DNA of 63,954 nt, filler included, from Rhabdomonas costata (GCA_019059605.1; 29 parts of 29 records of this genome joined end to end with filler, not necessarily neighbours in it), one strand, 5' to 3'; shown: positions 11,682 through 25,360, numbered from the whole stretch's first letter. Notes: generated from the sequence alone by a model not told the origin. Made by a program: numbers and translations.

Positions 11682-12532
11682 CTATAGTCTCTCTCCTCCC
11701 CACCGCTGCCTTGGTCCTCCGCCTCCGCAGGGGCTCGCTCGGACTGCGCAGAACCCGGCGCAGGCTCGTCTTCAGCCTCAGCCTCAGCACTGTCCTCACG
11801 CCCCACAACGGACGCCTGTACATCGTTGCCAGCTTGGTCAGGGATGACCTGTTCCTCAGAGCCCTCCCTAGATCCACTGCGGAGCTGCTCGCCCGCTGCG
11901 GGACTCACCACCCTTTCAGAGGAAGGCAGGGAGGAGGGCTCCTCAGGCGATCCGCTGCGCGGGTCCGGAGCCTTCTTTGCCGCTCTGGAGGCAGAGGGCT
12001 GAGGCCGCTGCTGCTCTGAAGGAGAGAGAGGAGGGTGGGTCACCAAATCCAGAAATATGGCGGAAGGAAAAAAGGAAGACAAGGAGGATACAAAGCGCAG
12101 TGTGCATGACTATAACTGTCTTTGAATGAAAAAAATTGGCAGGAAGAAACGCCAACGAGTCCCGTAAGAGGCTGTTGAAGTTTGAAGTGAGACAGTTGAC
12201 GAACCGCCTCAGGAAAGGGAAATCCTCAACAATCAAAAGCTCCAGACCCTACCGACCATTAAAAGGCCGAGAGGAAGGGAATGGGAAGTGTGAAAGGGAC
12301 TGGCGTGGTGGCTTGTTCTTCACAACCACCCCTAGGTTAGGGTTAGGGTTAGGATTAGGGTTAGGGTTAGGGTTAGGGTTAGGGTTAGGGTTAGGGTTAG
12401 GGTTAGGGTCCCCACGCCCCACCCCCACGCTGCATATGCTGCGGAACTGCCCTGCTCTCGTCTCAGCTGCCTCCGCTGCTCGGCCTTAGTAAGCTTGCTG
12501 GTCCGCTTGCTGGTGGCTGAAGGAAGCTCCTC
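11682..12532 (-). CDS. Low-complexity E/S/P/A-rich protein, 2 internal exons
   Basis: Exons 12532-12451 (EELPSATSKR...RREQ) and 12015-11682, each after a pyrimidine tract and CAG. The phase-1 join uses a GC donor at 12450. Confidence 0.55.
12337..12408 (+). repeat. Interstitial telomeric repeat (TTAGGG)12
   Basis: 12 units, one of them the variant TTAGGA, with unique sequence on both sides. Confidence 0.97.
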
Positions 12533-13325
12533 CTGAAAGCGAAAGCAAGATACCAACAAAAGAGGCAATGCAGAGGCCCAACAAAAAGGGTCCAGAAGTT
12601 TCCCGGCTATGGATAACCACACCCTTCCCACGCCAAACCTGTGTCATCTTCCCAGACTGAAATGCATGAAGTGAAACCCGCAAGAATGCAAAGATATCTC
12701 AGAGACGGGAAACCCACCCCAACAGCTCCACATCTCAAGTCACAGTACTACTTGAGCTTACTGAGTCATTTTACGCTCTCTTGGAAGCGCCATGAACGGC
12801 GGGGAGAAGGTCTGCAAACCCCGCCGCTCTTACGGCCTTCCGTGTGCCGGACCATAATGCGAAAAATGGAAGGTCGCTAAAATTTCCCACAAGCTCTCAA
12901 GGACAGCCCGGGACAAACCGAAGCAGCCGATACAGTTCAAGTTCACAGGTTCACAGGTGTCCCACCGGGCTCCCCTCAAGTAAGTTTAGCAGCCCCGGTC
13001 GAAATTTCAAAAAGACCAGAAAAAAGCCACGAATGGACCCCTCCAATCCAGGTGGTGAAACCCCCAACCACTGGTGAGGCCTGGAGGCTTGCTGAAAGAT
13101 GAAGGTAGACCCACTTGGAAAGACCCCCACACCAGCGGCAAAAGAAAGAACTGGGAAAAGACAAAAAAAACANNNNNNNNNNNNNNNNNNNNNNNNNNNN
13201 NNNNNNNNNNNNNNNNTTAATTAATTAANNNNNNNNNNNNNNNNNNNNNNNNNNNNNNNNNNNNNNNNNNNNGGGGTGTGGGGTCAGATCATTCCTTGGT
13301 GAGTATAATGTATTGTTGCATGCAG

Positions 13326-15103
13326 TTTATTGGGGACTGCATTATGGCTCTGTGGAACGCCCCGCGGAACATGAAGCACCACCAGAGGGCTGCCGTGGGG
13401 GCGGCGCTGGACATGCAAACCAGGCTTGTGGAGCTTCACCGGGGGTGGGGGGACGACGGCCTCCCTGCTATTCGGTGCTGCTCGTGCGCCTTGCGCTCTT
13501 CCATGCAATTGAACCATTGGTATAAACAATTATTCAGCCCCCTGCAAAAGCTTCAATTGGAATACCAGGGGAGCCGTATGTTTGTGCCTTCGTTTCTTCC
13601 CTGTCTGAGGTACTTCACAGTACAAAATGGGCTGAAAGCTCCTGAATGCGGGATGATCAACTCACACAACCTTTGATTCCTGGATTTTTGTCCCCATGGA
13701 GAAGGAACAAAAATACTGCTACCATTCAAGGGCAACCTATCAGCCACGTCCATCTAACGAACATGCCCCTTCACCCCACTTCCACCATTCACCTAGCCCC
13801 TCCTCCGTCTTCCGAGAAGCATTTTCCTTTCTCGCCGCCCTGTGCCGTACACGCAGCAATGGAGACCCGTGGAGAGTTGCAGAGGCTGTGACTTTTGCAT
13901 AACAAATCCAAAAGGTTTCGCGTTGGCATTAACACTGACACTGTTCTGGTGGGCAACTTTGGCTGCGAGTACCGCATCAACTACACTGTGCTGGGCGATG
14001 GGGTCAACCTGGCCAGCCGCCTGGAGGCTGCCAACAAGGCATGTGCTGGCAGCGGGGACGCCTCCTTCCAAGGCAGCGTCTGGCCCCATAAGACATTCAA
14101 CAATGATGCTGTTTGCGCTGGACTTTGAAATGCATCTTTTCCTCTGGTAGCAGTCTCCACTCAGCTGAACTGTCCGTCTTTCCTGCGCACTTTTGCACAG
14201 ACATACCTTCCGCATTTGCACTGCCTACGTTTCTATGTGAGCTGACAGGGGACCATCTGCCGGCACTCGTGAATCTCAAAAATTTACCAGCGGTTAATCT
14301 TGGTACAAAGGGTCGAAAAAAGTTGTTCGTCGCTGAAGGATTACTCTCGCTTCCATAATTCACTTCCTTCATTCCTTCAGCACTCCTGTTTGCCAAATGA
14401 TTCCCTTTTGTGTCTTGCGTGCAGCATTTCGGCACAGTGGTGCTGGTGTCCGAGCCCACTCGAACGAACTCGCGCTCGGCGATTGCCTTCCGCTACATCG
14501 GCACCATCACTGTTCCGGGAAAGGCTGAGGTCCTCGCGGTGTACGAACCCCTCTACCGCACCTCAGCCGTCCCAGTCGCCTGCCCGTCCAGCCCAAGCAG
14601 CCCGAATCTCCCGCTGGAGGACGTCCGTGCACTGACATACATCCTCGAGCCAGGTGGAGTGTGCTTCGTTCTTGAACCACACCGTCATGCAAACTTTAGG
14701 AATGTCCCAGCACGTTGCATCTTGATCGGAATTGTGAAGCATCGACGATCCGATATCTTTTGGCTGGGGTCTTCTTGGAAGTGACGGCCTCGTCGAGACT
14801 CGCACGGAAATGGTCGGTTTTGTGGTGCAGACATAAGCCTGGGTTTTGTGGAGTGGTGATTTTTGCTCCAGCTCGTGGAGACGCATCTACCAGACGCAAA
14901 TTTCGAGTTATACACAAGAATTATGAAAAAGAAAATTGTGAAATGTTGTATGTCTGTGCAGTCAGGTTTGCCATATTTCGCTCAAAGGCGCTACTATGGC
15001 TTCTTCTTTGGTTGCGTTCGCAGCCACCGCGGAGGAGATCCTCAACGCTTGGCGCATCATCCCCAAGGCTGTGCTGGACGAGCTCACAGCGATCTATGAA
15101 GAG
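13326..15103 (+). CDS. Class III adenylyl cyclase, catalytic-domain exons (partial)
   Basis: Exons 13326-13474 ([13 protein letters not shown]), 13915-14038 (FRVGINTD...[20 protein letters not shown]), 14425-14653 ([10 protein letters not shown]...[13 protein letters not shown]) and probably ~14988-15103. Confidence 0.95.
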
Positions 15104-15999
15104 GTTTAAAGTGCGCCCAATGAAATGTACCGAAAAGAGAACCAGGCAGCCTCATACCGTACGAAACGGAAAGAGAAAGTCTTTGCGCAAAGGGAAGTCA
15201 AAATAGCAATGCTTGTTAATAGGTGACCGTTTTTTTGACAGAAGCCGAACCCTCTGTGATCTGGGACTATGTGCAAATACGATTCCATTTCCTGCCGTTT
15301 TCATGTATCGTTCATTGATTTAGAAGCAGGGGTGATACTCGGTTAAAGCTGCCCCACCCCACCTGCAAAAAGACAATGTTGNNNNNNNNNNNNNNNNNNN
15401 NNNNNNNNNNNNNNNNNNNNNNNNNTTAATTAATTAANNNNNNNNNNNNNNNNNNNNNNNNNNNNNNNNNNNNNNNNNNNNGTGTTTGTGGTCATATCGG
15501 TTGTGCTTGTCACTATAAACTGTTCTTTAACCATCTTCTCCAATGCCTTGCTTTTGAGGTGACCCAGGCCATATATCAAGGTATACTTCAACCAGCATGG
15601 TGAACAGATAAGTTAGAACTGAAAGCCGCTTCTGAAGCATTGGGTGTGCAGCCCAGCCGGCGTATCGCCAGCGCGGTCAGGATATATCCGTCACGCGGCT
15701 CCGTCAAGCACCACCGGGATTCACGCTGAAGACTGTCCCACAAAATCATCAATAATAACTGAATGTTTTTTCCGCGACCACGAACCATGATGATCACGAG
15801 AGTTGACACACAGTTGCACTGCAACTTCGCCAAAAGCTGAAAAAAAAAAGGAAACCTTGCCCCGCGTGATTGTGGGTCGCGAGTTGAACGCAGCTGCTGC
15901 TAAGGATTCATGCGGACATGACAATTAAGAAGGAAGGTCACTCCAAATTCTCCACGAGTGCAGGGGCATTTTCGGTGAGGGAAGAGCGGAGGCGCACAC

Positions 16000-17354
16000 C
16001 GAGGGCGGTGTAGTTGATGCGGTAGTCGCAGCCGTAGTTCCCCACCAAAACTCGGGCCGTGTTAATCCCACTACGGAACCTGAAATCAACAAAGCCCAAA
16101 AGGTGAAATACACCAGAAAAAATTACAAACAGAACAGAAAAAACCCAAGTCCAAGAAATCTTGGAGGTGGAGGTACCAGACTTTTTCAGAACGCCATCGG
16201 TCAAGAGTTCCGTAGGATACCTACCCCTGGATTATTAAACGCAAGTCGAAACCAGAAGAAACCGCTTGAACTTCGGCAAAAAATTAAAATGGCGAGGAAT
16301 ACACAGCCCTAAACACGAGAAAAAACATGGACTTTGGGATGGGCAGGGAATGAGGGAATGAGCTCGAAGTGAGAGGTAGGAGGGACCGCATAGTGGCCGC
16401 GCTGGCGATGGGATCAATGTGGGAACCATGGTGGCGGGGAGAAGTTCTTTCCTTAAACTTCCCTCACATTCACGTTCGCAAAGCTGTGTGTGCTTGGACA
16501 GTATTCTGTGCGTGGCAGGTAGCCTATCCACAGCGCAACGCAACAGACACATGCCTGACTTCGGGCAGGCCCTCCAGGGACCACTTTTCGTTGAGACTCA
16601 GAAGCGCAGACTGCATCCGCAGCGCTGTTCGGCACGCTGCGCCGGCGTGCCCTTCCAGCCGCCGTGGCACATTCCACAGCGCCATGATGCAATCCCCAAT
16701 GAACTGCCACACATACACACACCGGTGCAAAGATCCACTGTGGCCAGGAACGGGACAAGGTCAGCGCAAAGCAAAGGCGACACAATCTGAAATTTTGCTG
16801 GCTTGGTACGCAAGTTGATGAGGGCTTCTTTGGACGGTAAAACAAATCTGCGTGCTTTATGTCAAGCTGCTTGTCATTTATGGGAATGCTGGCTGTGGAC
16901 TTGCCCCTTGCTGGGCTATGATAGCCAACTTTTAAGGGTAAAATATTGCCTTAGAGGCTGCCTGTTTACTTTTGACACAATTATTGTTTCAATTTCACTT
17001 TAAACACGACCCCGGCAGTTGACATCACGAAACGTCATGTCGCGATTGGTAGGTACACAGAGTCACCACGTTTGGTTCGAATGGGTGTTAATGGCACCCA
17101 TTATAGGCGACGGTCCCGCACATGCGCGTACAAACTTCTTCTGCTCAGCTGACGCTCAAGACCGATGACTACGGGTCATTTCGGTGCCCAGAAAAGGCTC
17201 TTTAAAGTTTTGGGCGTGTTGTGCGCCCCCACCCCCCGAACCTTGTCCAGGACGCCACCGGTGCCGATAATTTCCTCGCACATGCTCTGGAAGAAGTCCG
17301 CCATCAGCTTTACCAGTTCCTCTGAGCGAGTCGTTTCGCAGATCGACGTAAACC
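16000..17354 (-). CDS. Class III adenylyl cyclase, catalytic-domain exons (partial)
   Basis: Exons 17354-17242 (GFTSICE...GGVLDK), 16703-16555 ([13 protein letters not shown]) and 16079-16000 (FRSGINTARVLVGNYGCDYRINYTALG). Confidence 0.95.
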
Positions 17355-20300
17355 CTGTTAAAATAGAACAGCTACAATCCTTGTTCGTTCTTGTAGGAGA
17401 AAAGAACCCGAACGGACTCCAGAAGGCGAGCAAACGGCTGCAGCATTGACATTGAATGGCTGACATTGCGGCCAGAACAACCACCATCTCATCGTCCCAA
17501 TCATTCAGATGAGCTCAAACAATTCCAACTCCAGTAACGTCAAGGTTCGCAAGCGTAAGCCTGTTTGGGAATGGAAGCCTAAAAAACCATNNNNNNNNNN
17601 NNNNNNNNNNNNNNNNNNNNNNNNNNNNNNNNNNTTAATTAATTAANNNNNNNNNNNNNNNNNNNNNNNNNNNNNNNNNNNNNNNNNNNNTTGTTTGTGG
17701 ACACAAATTCCAGAAAAATACGTACAATGTACAGATTAAGCCAGAAAATATATAAGAGTGATATGGTGTCATTGTTTGAGTAGAGTTGTAAGTGATTGTG
17801 TGCGCGAGTGCGTGTGATGTATAGCAAATGTGTTGGAAAAATGCCAGCCTTGAACATCCCATTAAAATCACGCAATGATGCAGAGTAGACAAAATCTCGT
17901 AGAATATGACGTGCGACTGCTTGTAAAGTGATCAAACATGCAACCTTATAGATGTGAAAAGCATTCTTTGACATTGTCAATAGCGCGTCTCTCTGATTCC
18001 ACGCCAGCAAAAGCAACCAGAGGCTTGTTTTATGCTGGACTGTCTCATCATCCAGGATGGGCATTTCTTTGAACCAAGGCCATCTCTGACAAAAATATGG
18101 CGCTACAGATACAAAAACGTTTCAAAAGAGAGTTGTGCAACAAAAATGGTCTCTTTTAGGCAACGCGGAGTTTAATCATATTGGCAACTACAAACGCCAG
18201 CGTAAAAAGACCTGTACTTCTTGGTTGAAAGTAAGTTAGGCATTTAATCTGTGCTCACTGTCAACTACTCTCTGGTGGGTCTTAAATCGTACTGCAAACT
18301 TTGGAGAGCTGAAACCGCGTGATGCGCTTTGATCAAATTCACAATATTTCCCATGAACGGAAAGCCATACTACAACCTATGTTTACAACATTCAGCATTC
18401 AACATTCATGGTCTGCAAATTACTAGAAGCGAGCCATTTACTAAAAGATAAAGAATAAAAATGAATGGTTGCGTTAATTCAGTTGACAATAACTGAGTGT
18501 AAAAAAGTCTAAAGAAAAGTAAAACTAAATGAGAAAAAAGATGGATCCTGTCAATACACAAGCGAGTGTATCTAAACATTCCAACCACTTACACGGTGCC
18601 TGAATAAATGCAAGTGCAATGTATCGGGTTAGAGAGAAATTCCGCATGTGCCAGACACTACCGCAAAATTATCAACCTGAAGTATGATTTCTGTGACGCG
18701 TTTTTTGTGTGGGGTGACAACAGCCAGCATTTGCAAAGTTCAATGAAAGACCCAGCGTCTCTTATTTTGTGCAAAGAATGTGGAGTACAAATTCGTTGTT
18801 GTGATATTGGCAAAAAAGCATTCCCATGTCCAAAACTAACGCAAGCCGCACACACCAACTGAAAACAGAGAATGAAAAAAGTAGTGGATGGCCATAGAGA
18901 ACAGGAGATGTTGGCAAACGCCATTTGTTGCAGTATAGCATGACCAAGCGAAAGTACAATTCATCCGCATTAGTACAGAGTTTATTGGTGGAGCAGCAAT
19001 CCAGGTATTCGGTTGGTGACACCATATGTCAGCTTAATTTTTCGGATTTCTTGTGCTGTTATTGTAGGCGTTTAAATGCACCAATGCTACATGTGTATGT
19101 ATACCATTATTGTAGTGTCTTAACGTTTTTTGTGTTTTAACTCTTTATATATAGAAACGTTACTAATATGTGGCTGTTATATGCGCACTGGCCAAATCTG
19201 CGCATCAACTGGTGAATAAAACCATTACATTGGAACGTTTTATCTGGAAAAAAGCGCCGGAGGATGCTAAAGATATGGAAAACTCAACTAAAAGCATTTT
19301 AATCAGCGCTACAGTCTCTCTCCATGTACAACCATGATTCGTTACCTTTTCAACGAACTAAGAACTTTTGTTATCACTAGCATTGTTTCCACGTGATTAT
19401 CATTCAATATAAGCAAAGCCTCTGTCAATTACACCAATGAATATATCTCCACCACGGTATGAAATGGCGTTTTTGAGTGATCTGCAGAAAAGTTGCCATC
19501 TCTCGGGATTGACGGGTGACCTCTCTAAAAATCTGGCTTGATCCCGGATTATTTGTTTATTTCTCAATATTAAGCTTTCAACTTTTACCATTTGTAGCAC
19601 CGAAATAAACACTTTCAAAGATTTTCTGTTACAGGAAGTGCTACTTCAAGTTGTTTACGTGCCGCGTCTTAAGAACTCATGTCTCAAAGTTGCAGGTGGT
19701 ACTTTGCCGCGTTTCTTTCCCCTGGTGCCATCGGAGAAACTCCACTTGTATCACAGTGCTACAGCCTGAAAGACAGCGTGGTTGTCTACCCCACAACCCN
19801 NNNNNNNNNNNNNNNNNNNNNNNNNNNNNNNNNNNNNNNNNNNTTAATTAATTAANNNNNNNNNNNNNNNNNNNNNNNNNNNNNNNNNNNNNNNNNNNNT
19901 TGTGTGGTTGGCTTCGCCGCCGCGGCGCTGGACTGGGCGCGCGAAAATAATCTGTCCTCGGGTTCCGTGATCGCTTGGAAGCGTTTTACGCCTAGTGCTG
20001 GGTACAATTTCACATGCGCTTGTGTCAAGTTGCTCTCATTTGAGCTATGTTTCGCCTACGAAAGGCTTCTGTGAGATGGTAGAAGAGAAAGGTGATGGAA
20101 AACATTTTTATGCGCCTCACGGCTGAATAGCGCCGCTACTCAAAAAAAAGTCAACGGGGGGTGGGGGCAAAGAGTCCATAGCCCGAATTTTGCACTATTC
20201 TATTTTAAATCACTACTCACATCACTGTACAGTTCTGGTTCAGGCCCAACGACCCCAACGTCACCGCTGTAGAGCATCACAGCACGTGAGCTTCCGGTTC

Positions 20301-20859
20301 TTGAGGTCAACGAGACTGGCAAGCGAAGTTATCCGTTTGACGGCGCCGATGCTTGTCAGCAGCCAAAAAATCAAACCCATCACTCTTTCAATTTTGAGCG
20401 CAAGAAATATTGAAGAACGTCAGCAAAACTGCAGCATTGAACTCGCACATTACCCCATGATTCAGACGACCCCCCGAAAAATTGTAAGAATTGTTTTTGT
20501 ATAAAAAACCAATTCAACTGGAAAAAATAGGCCGACGCTAATACCAACTTCCAGCACCCAACCTACTGAATTGTCGTCCTTCCGACACAAAGGCTGCCAG
20601 TAGATTCCACACTCTAATTGTTGTGGTGGCGCAAGCATCAGGTCGGGAATCGCCTGCTGAACACATGTGCTCGCGGCCGCCAGCGTGCTCGGCTTCCAAA
20701 GCCAATTGTTATAGCATTGAAATCGCAGGCAAAAAAGAAGCGCGGCGCGTCCATGATGTCCACTTGAAGGCTTTTCACTCAGCTCACCCCCTCTGCGAGC
20801 GGTACCGTCCTCCGCCTCACCCATCTCCGGAGATTCGGACCACAGGAAACCCCCGACCC

Positions 20860-21990
20860 TGGGTGAGCAGGGCGGTCACCAAACGAGCTATCAGAAGGCC
20901 AATAGCCGAGGGCTGCAACTGCTGGCCCTCCCATTGCTCCTGTGCCAGCACAGGGAGAAGTGGGGCCACCACAGAGCGGTGCAAGTGGAGCTGCAGTGCC
21001 AGTCCGAAAAGAGAAGAGGCCCACGGTCCATGATCCGGTGGGCAACGCACTAGTGCAGCCGGTGAAAGCCCTGTGGGTGGACCCACCCACACAGACACAA
21101 GAGTTCAATATGCGGGAGAGTAGACTTTTTTCTGCCTTGTAGGACCCAGCAGTGTGTAAACAAGAAAACTTTCTGTGGGTCATTCCTCGTTCCTGACGAA
21201 ACATAAAACAATCCAGCCAAAAACGAACGTCTGACAACATTACCGGGGTGGGGCTCGTCAGTTTCTCATAGTCCCCTAACCCAGCGCCTTCCCCACCTTT
21301 ACACCTCAGTGTCACCAAGTCAAATTTGGAAAAAGCTCCAAGCTCCAAGCGAACCCTGGAAGGGTGCTTTTTTGATCGGGACTTAATGGAGAGGGGGTGG
21401 GGGCGGAGGTAAAAGATGGCATCAGCACAGAAAGGGGAAGGACAGACGCACTGCAATGGAGTGTTCTCGCAAACCACCCGCCCGGAGTTCTGGGAGCAAG
21501 TCCATCGGGAGTCTCAGCATGTCTCCTTCCCTGCATTCAGCGGTCATCGAGCACCCCACATGGACAGCGGAAGGCACGCGACAAGAGAACGCCTCTCCGA
21601 CACACGAGGGAAACACTGTGGCGCAGCATTCGCCGTGCTGGGAGGTCTGCACCAACCCACCACAGATTCGCACAGCAAGCAAAAGATATTGTACCTCACC
21701 TCGAGCACCGCCCCAAATTGCTGCCCCATTTCAACAACAAGACCAAAATATAATGCTGACAAAATGCAATCCTTCAGAGCCACAAGGTTCGCGTGGCTGG
21801 AAACGGAAAGAAGGTGGGGAGTCCCATCAGACACAAAACAAAGAGACCAAACCCTCACCCCTTTCCAACCAGCAACACAATACACACTGCACAGAGCCCA
21901 CCAGCTCATGGCTCCGCAGCACAGCCTCCAGCATGGAGGGCAGTCTCTGCGCCAGCCCAGCTAACCTGTTGGCCGTGGTCCATGCCCGAA
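20860..21990 (-). CDS. Hypothetical protein, probable exons
   Basis: GC-rich Leu-rich frames: FRAWTTANRLAGLAQRLPSMLEAVLRSHEL, EGDMLRLPMDLLPELRAGG and LHLHRSVVAPLLPVLAQEQW; boundaries approximate. Confidence 0.35.
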
Positions 21991-22296
21991 ACTGTACACA
22001 CAACCCCCNNNNNNNNNNNNNNNNNNNNNNNNNNNNNNNNNNNNNNNNNNNNTTAATTAATTAANNNNNNNNNNNNNNNNNNNNNNNNNNNNNNNNNNNN
22101 NNNNNNNNTGTTGTTGGGGCAACTGCTGAAGAATGGAAATGCGTCGGATCACAAAAAGGTAATATTGGATCCTCGGAATTAAACAAAGCGCTCAAGGTGC
22201 TCTGCACCACTCTGAGGGAGATATTCTGCCCTACACAATGTAGCTCTGAAAGGACATCCCCTCTCCAGGACGTGGACACGGGGATCAAAGGAGAAC

Positions 22297-24069
22297 CTTG
22301 GGTTTGCACCGCTGCGGAGAAGAAGCTCCACCATTGCCACCTGGCTGTTCTGCACGGCTTCGAACAGCGGAGTATGGGAGGCTGGGGCCTCGGCCTTTGC
22401 CGGGGCCTCCGCGACAGGCTGTGCGCACAACGGGAGAAAAGCGCTTCCTGTTTCTTGGCCGCTCCCCAAAACGCGCCCATTCTGGCATCCAAGGTGCGTG
22501 CATCAGTGTACATACGTAAACAGAGAATGAGAGCTGACGAAAAATTGTGAAAACAAACGTCTGCATCAGTGGTCGCGGGCACATCGCAGTCCAACAATCG
22601 ACAACACACAGCGCCAATATAAACAGCCTCCCGCTGAAACATGTTCGGAAAGGAGGAGAGGCGCTTATCAATTAAATGGCTACCTTCGCACAGGTCAGCA
22701 AAAGCTCCGCGCACTCCACCTCGCCGTAGCGAGCGCACAGGTGCAACGGGGTCAGACCCTCAGCTGTGATGTGGACGCAAACCACCAACAGCAATGAAAT
22801 CAGTCCAGTCACACTGCTTCTGTTTCGGAGCACAGTTTTCTTCTTTTGATTTCAGCGGCATCTATACCACGCCGTTCAAAATTCACATGCCTTAGATAAA
22901 AGAGTAACCTCCCAGAATCCCTCCAGAAAATAGCTCACAGAAAGTCCCGAGGCAACAGTGTGCATGAAAAGACTCACCATTGATGTCGCAAGGGTCCGCT
23001 TTTGCCTCCAGTAGGGTGCGTAGACACCCCACACTGCCGTGCATGCAGGAGTGGTGGACAGCCCTGGAAAGCGTTGGGCATGTGCCGCGGTGCAACAAAA
23101 GACAGGTGGAGACAAATAGGGACGGTTCAAGTGGAGTCTCGACTAAACTATGAAACACATGACAATTCCAATATCAAAGGACATGCTAGCGCAAGTCAGT
23201 CAAACAATATTGCTTGCGAGTCTCCAACCGCAGTGGGAACATTGATCATGGAAGGAGGGGGCGTCCCCAAGGCACTTGATGCGAAAAGCTAGCACATGTC
23301 AACTCATCTGCCGCACTGTGGTTGGAGTCAGTCTACGCGCACTTGATTAGAATTGAAGGGTCAAGAGGGTAGGTCGTGGGGGTAGGCTTACGAGCAACAT
23401 ACCGATTAAGGGTCCTCGCCGCGGGCATAGAGGGGCCGGCACCCAGCAGCAAGAGGGTTTGTAGCAGGTCCGTACGCCCGTTCACGCACGCGATGTGTAC
23501 TGGGTATAGCCCCGTTTGCGGGTTGGCGTGCGAAAGACTTGCTCCACATCGGGCGAGCGTAGTCACCGCGGTGGCGCTTCCTGTGTGCAGTGGCGTGAAG
23601 GGCGGGGAAGATCTTTTCCGAATTTCAATGAAGCCGCTTCCTCACCGGTTCCAGGATCTCCAACAGATGCTCACCACTGCTTTCGCGAGGCCAGAGCCCT
23701 CCACCCCCCACCTCAGCACCAATCGATCAAGGATTGGACCAATGGAAGAACAATAGCATGCCCTCCCGGCAAGAACGCTGGTTCAATTGGATTGCAGTGC
23801 ACCATATGAGATGACGAGTCAGTGCATGAGTTTTTGCAGATTCAACTGCAACGCATCTGCGGGAAAGAGATGCTCTTTGGGGAAATGAAGAGCTTTTCTA
23901 GGCTAAAATCAAATTTTATGTGCACATACCTATCCGAGCGGCCAGCTCGATCGGGGTAACCTGCTGCAAGGTCGATGGGCCGTCGAGGGAGGCCCGCGCG
24001 CGGAGCAGCAATGGGATCATCTCCTCTGTGTTGCGCGAGCCCCCAACGCTGAGATGAATGGCCGTCCAT
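22297..24069 (-). CDS. Ankyrin-repeat protein (5 exons, partial)
   Basis: Exons 24069-23930, 23580-23403, 23063-22978, 22763-22684 and 22418-22297 are all GT-AG and phase-compatible. Motifs include WTAIHLS, TPIELAARIG, YPVHIACVNG, GLTPLHLCARYG and TPLFEAV...LLLRSGANP. Confidence 0.93.
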
Positions 24070-24375
24070 CTGAGATCAGCAAACGCAACCGACAAAGAAT
24101 CAAGAGGATGCAAGACATGTTATCGAAGGGCATACTGTGGCACCACTGTGTTCGTATTAAGGACTGACAGGACGACTCACGGCAAGGATTCCCCACACAA
24201 CCAAACACACCCACCACNNNNNNNNNNNNNNNNNNNNNNNNNNNNNNNNNNNNNNNNNNNNTTAATTAATTAANNNNNNNNNNNNNNNNNNNNNNNNNNN
24301 NNNNNNNNNNNNNNNNNGCACACTCTCTCTTGCACCATGGGGAGGCAACGCAGGTCCCGCCACCGCTAGGGGTGC

Positions 24376-25360
24376 CTTGGCCACCACCGGCTGAGGCAAA
24401 GTACACCGGAACCAACCGCGGCGTGCGGCAAGCTGCGTCAGATTGGCCACAGGCTCCTCCGGACGCTCCAGGCACACCGTAGAGACCTGTGTGGAAGCCC
24501 CCACTGCGCTGTTCAGAAAAAACACCGCAAACTCATGCACAGCTTCGGCACTGCTGCGTCAAGTTGCACGTGTTATCAAGCAAAAGGGGTGAAAAAGTGT
24601 TACCAAAGGACACCTTTTTTGGGGGCCAGGGATAGCAAGAAAGCCTCACTTAGCAAACCTTGTTAGCATGGCTGTTTCTTGCGCATAGGAATCTCCGAGG
24701 TTCTGGTTTTATGCGTTATAACTTGTTCCCCAGATGTGCGGGTGACATCAGATAGAGTTTTTTTCGCCTCTCCCGCATACAATGGTCCTGCTACAGCTTT
24801 GGTGGGTGTGACATCGTTGGTGGGGCATCGTTGGTGCAGCTCGCCGTGTTTCCACCGTGTGTTGCCAATAGCACTGCTCGCACTGCTGCTGCAAAATACC
24901 AGTACCATTAGTAACCAATGCCCCCCCACCCTCTGGATAATCCACATGCCTGACCATGGCGTGCTAGGCCCTGCTGCATTATGCTGACTATGATGGGAAC
25001 GTACCGGTCAATTTGGCAAAAAAAAAAAGCGAATTCCCTCCCCCTGGACTTGGCACCTAAAAGACCTGGTGTACGTCGTCGTGGCCAACAACTCCTCAAA
25101 TGTCCCGTTTTTGTCTTAAATTACTGCGCAAGCAAGCCACGAAAACACGAGGCCGCTCGGGCACAGACCTCGCACTGGGACAGCAAGGGGAGCTGCGCGG
25201 CGTACTTCTGCACCCCCCACTCCTTCACCTTGGCCCTGGCCTGGTCCACGGTGTTGTGCACGCTCAGCACAGGGATGATCTCCAGGGGCACCGGACACTC
25301 CCCGCAGCACCCCACAACCTCCACAGAGAAGGACTTCAAGTTCTTGGGCAGGCCCAGGTC
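24376..25360 (-). CDS. Hypothetical protein, 2 exons
   Basis: DLGLPKNLKSFSVEVVGCCGECP...LLSQCE joins in phase 0 to VSTVCLERPEEPVANLTQLAARRGWFRC; strong GC3 codon bias. Confidence 0.55.

Noticed and set aside
13273..17590. Convergent cyclase gene pair as a cluster
   Set aside because: The two genes are on separate contigs either side of a spacer.
22297..24069. Euglenid non-conventional (non-GT/GC-AG, stem-loop) introns
   Set aside because: Every intron I could anchor by protein continuity, here and elsewhere, fits GT-AG or GC-AG. Unanchored ones cannot be excluded without RNA data.
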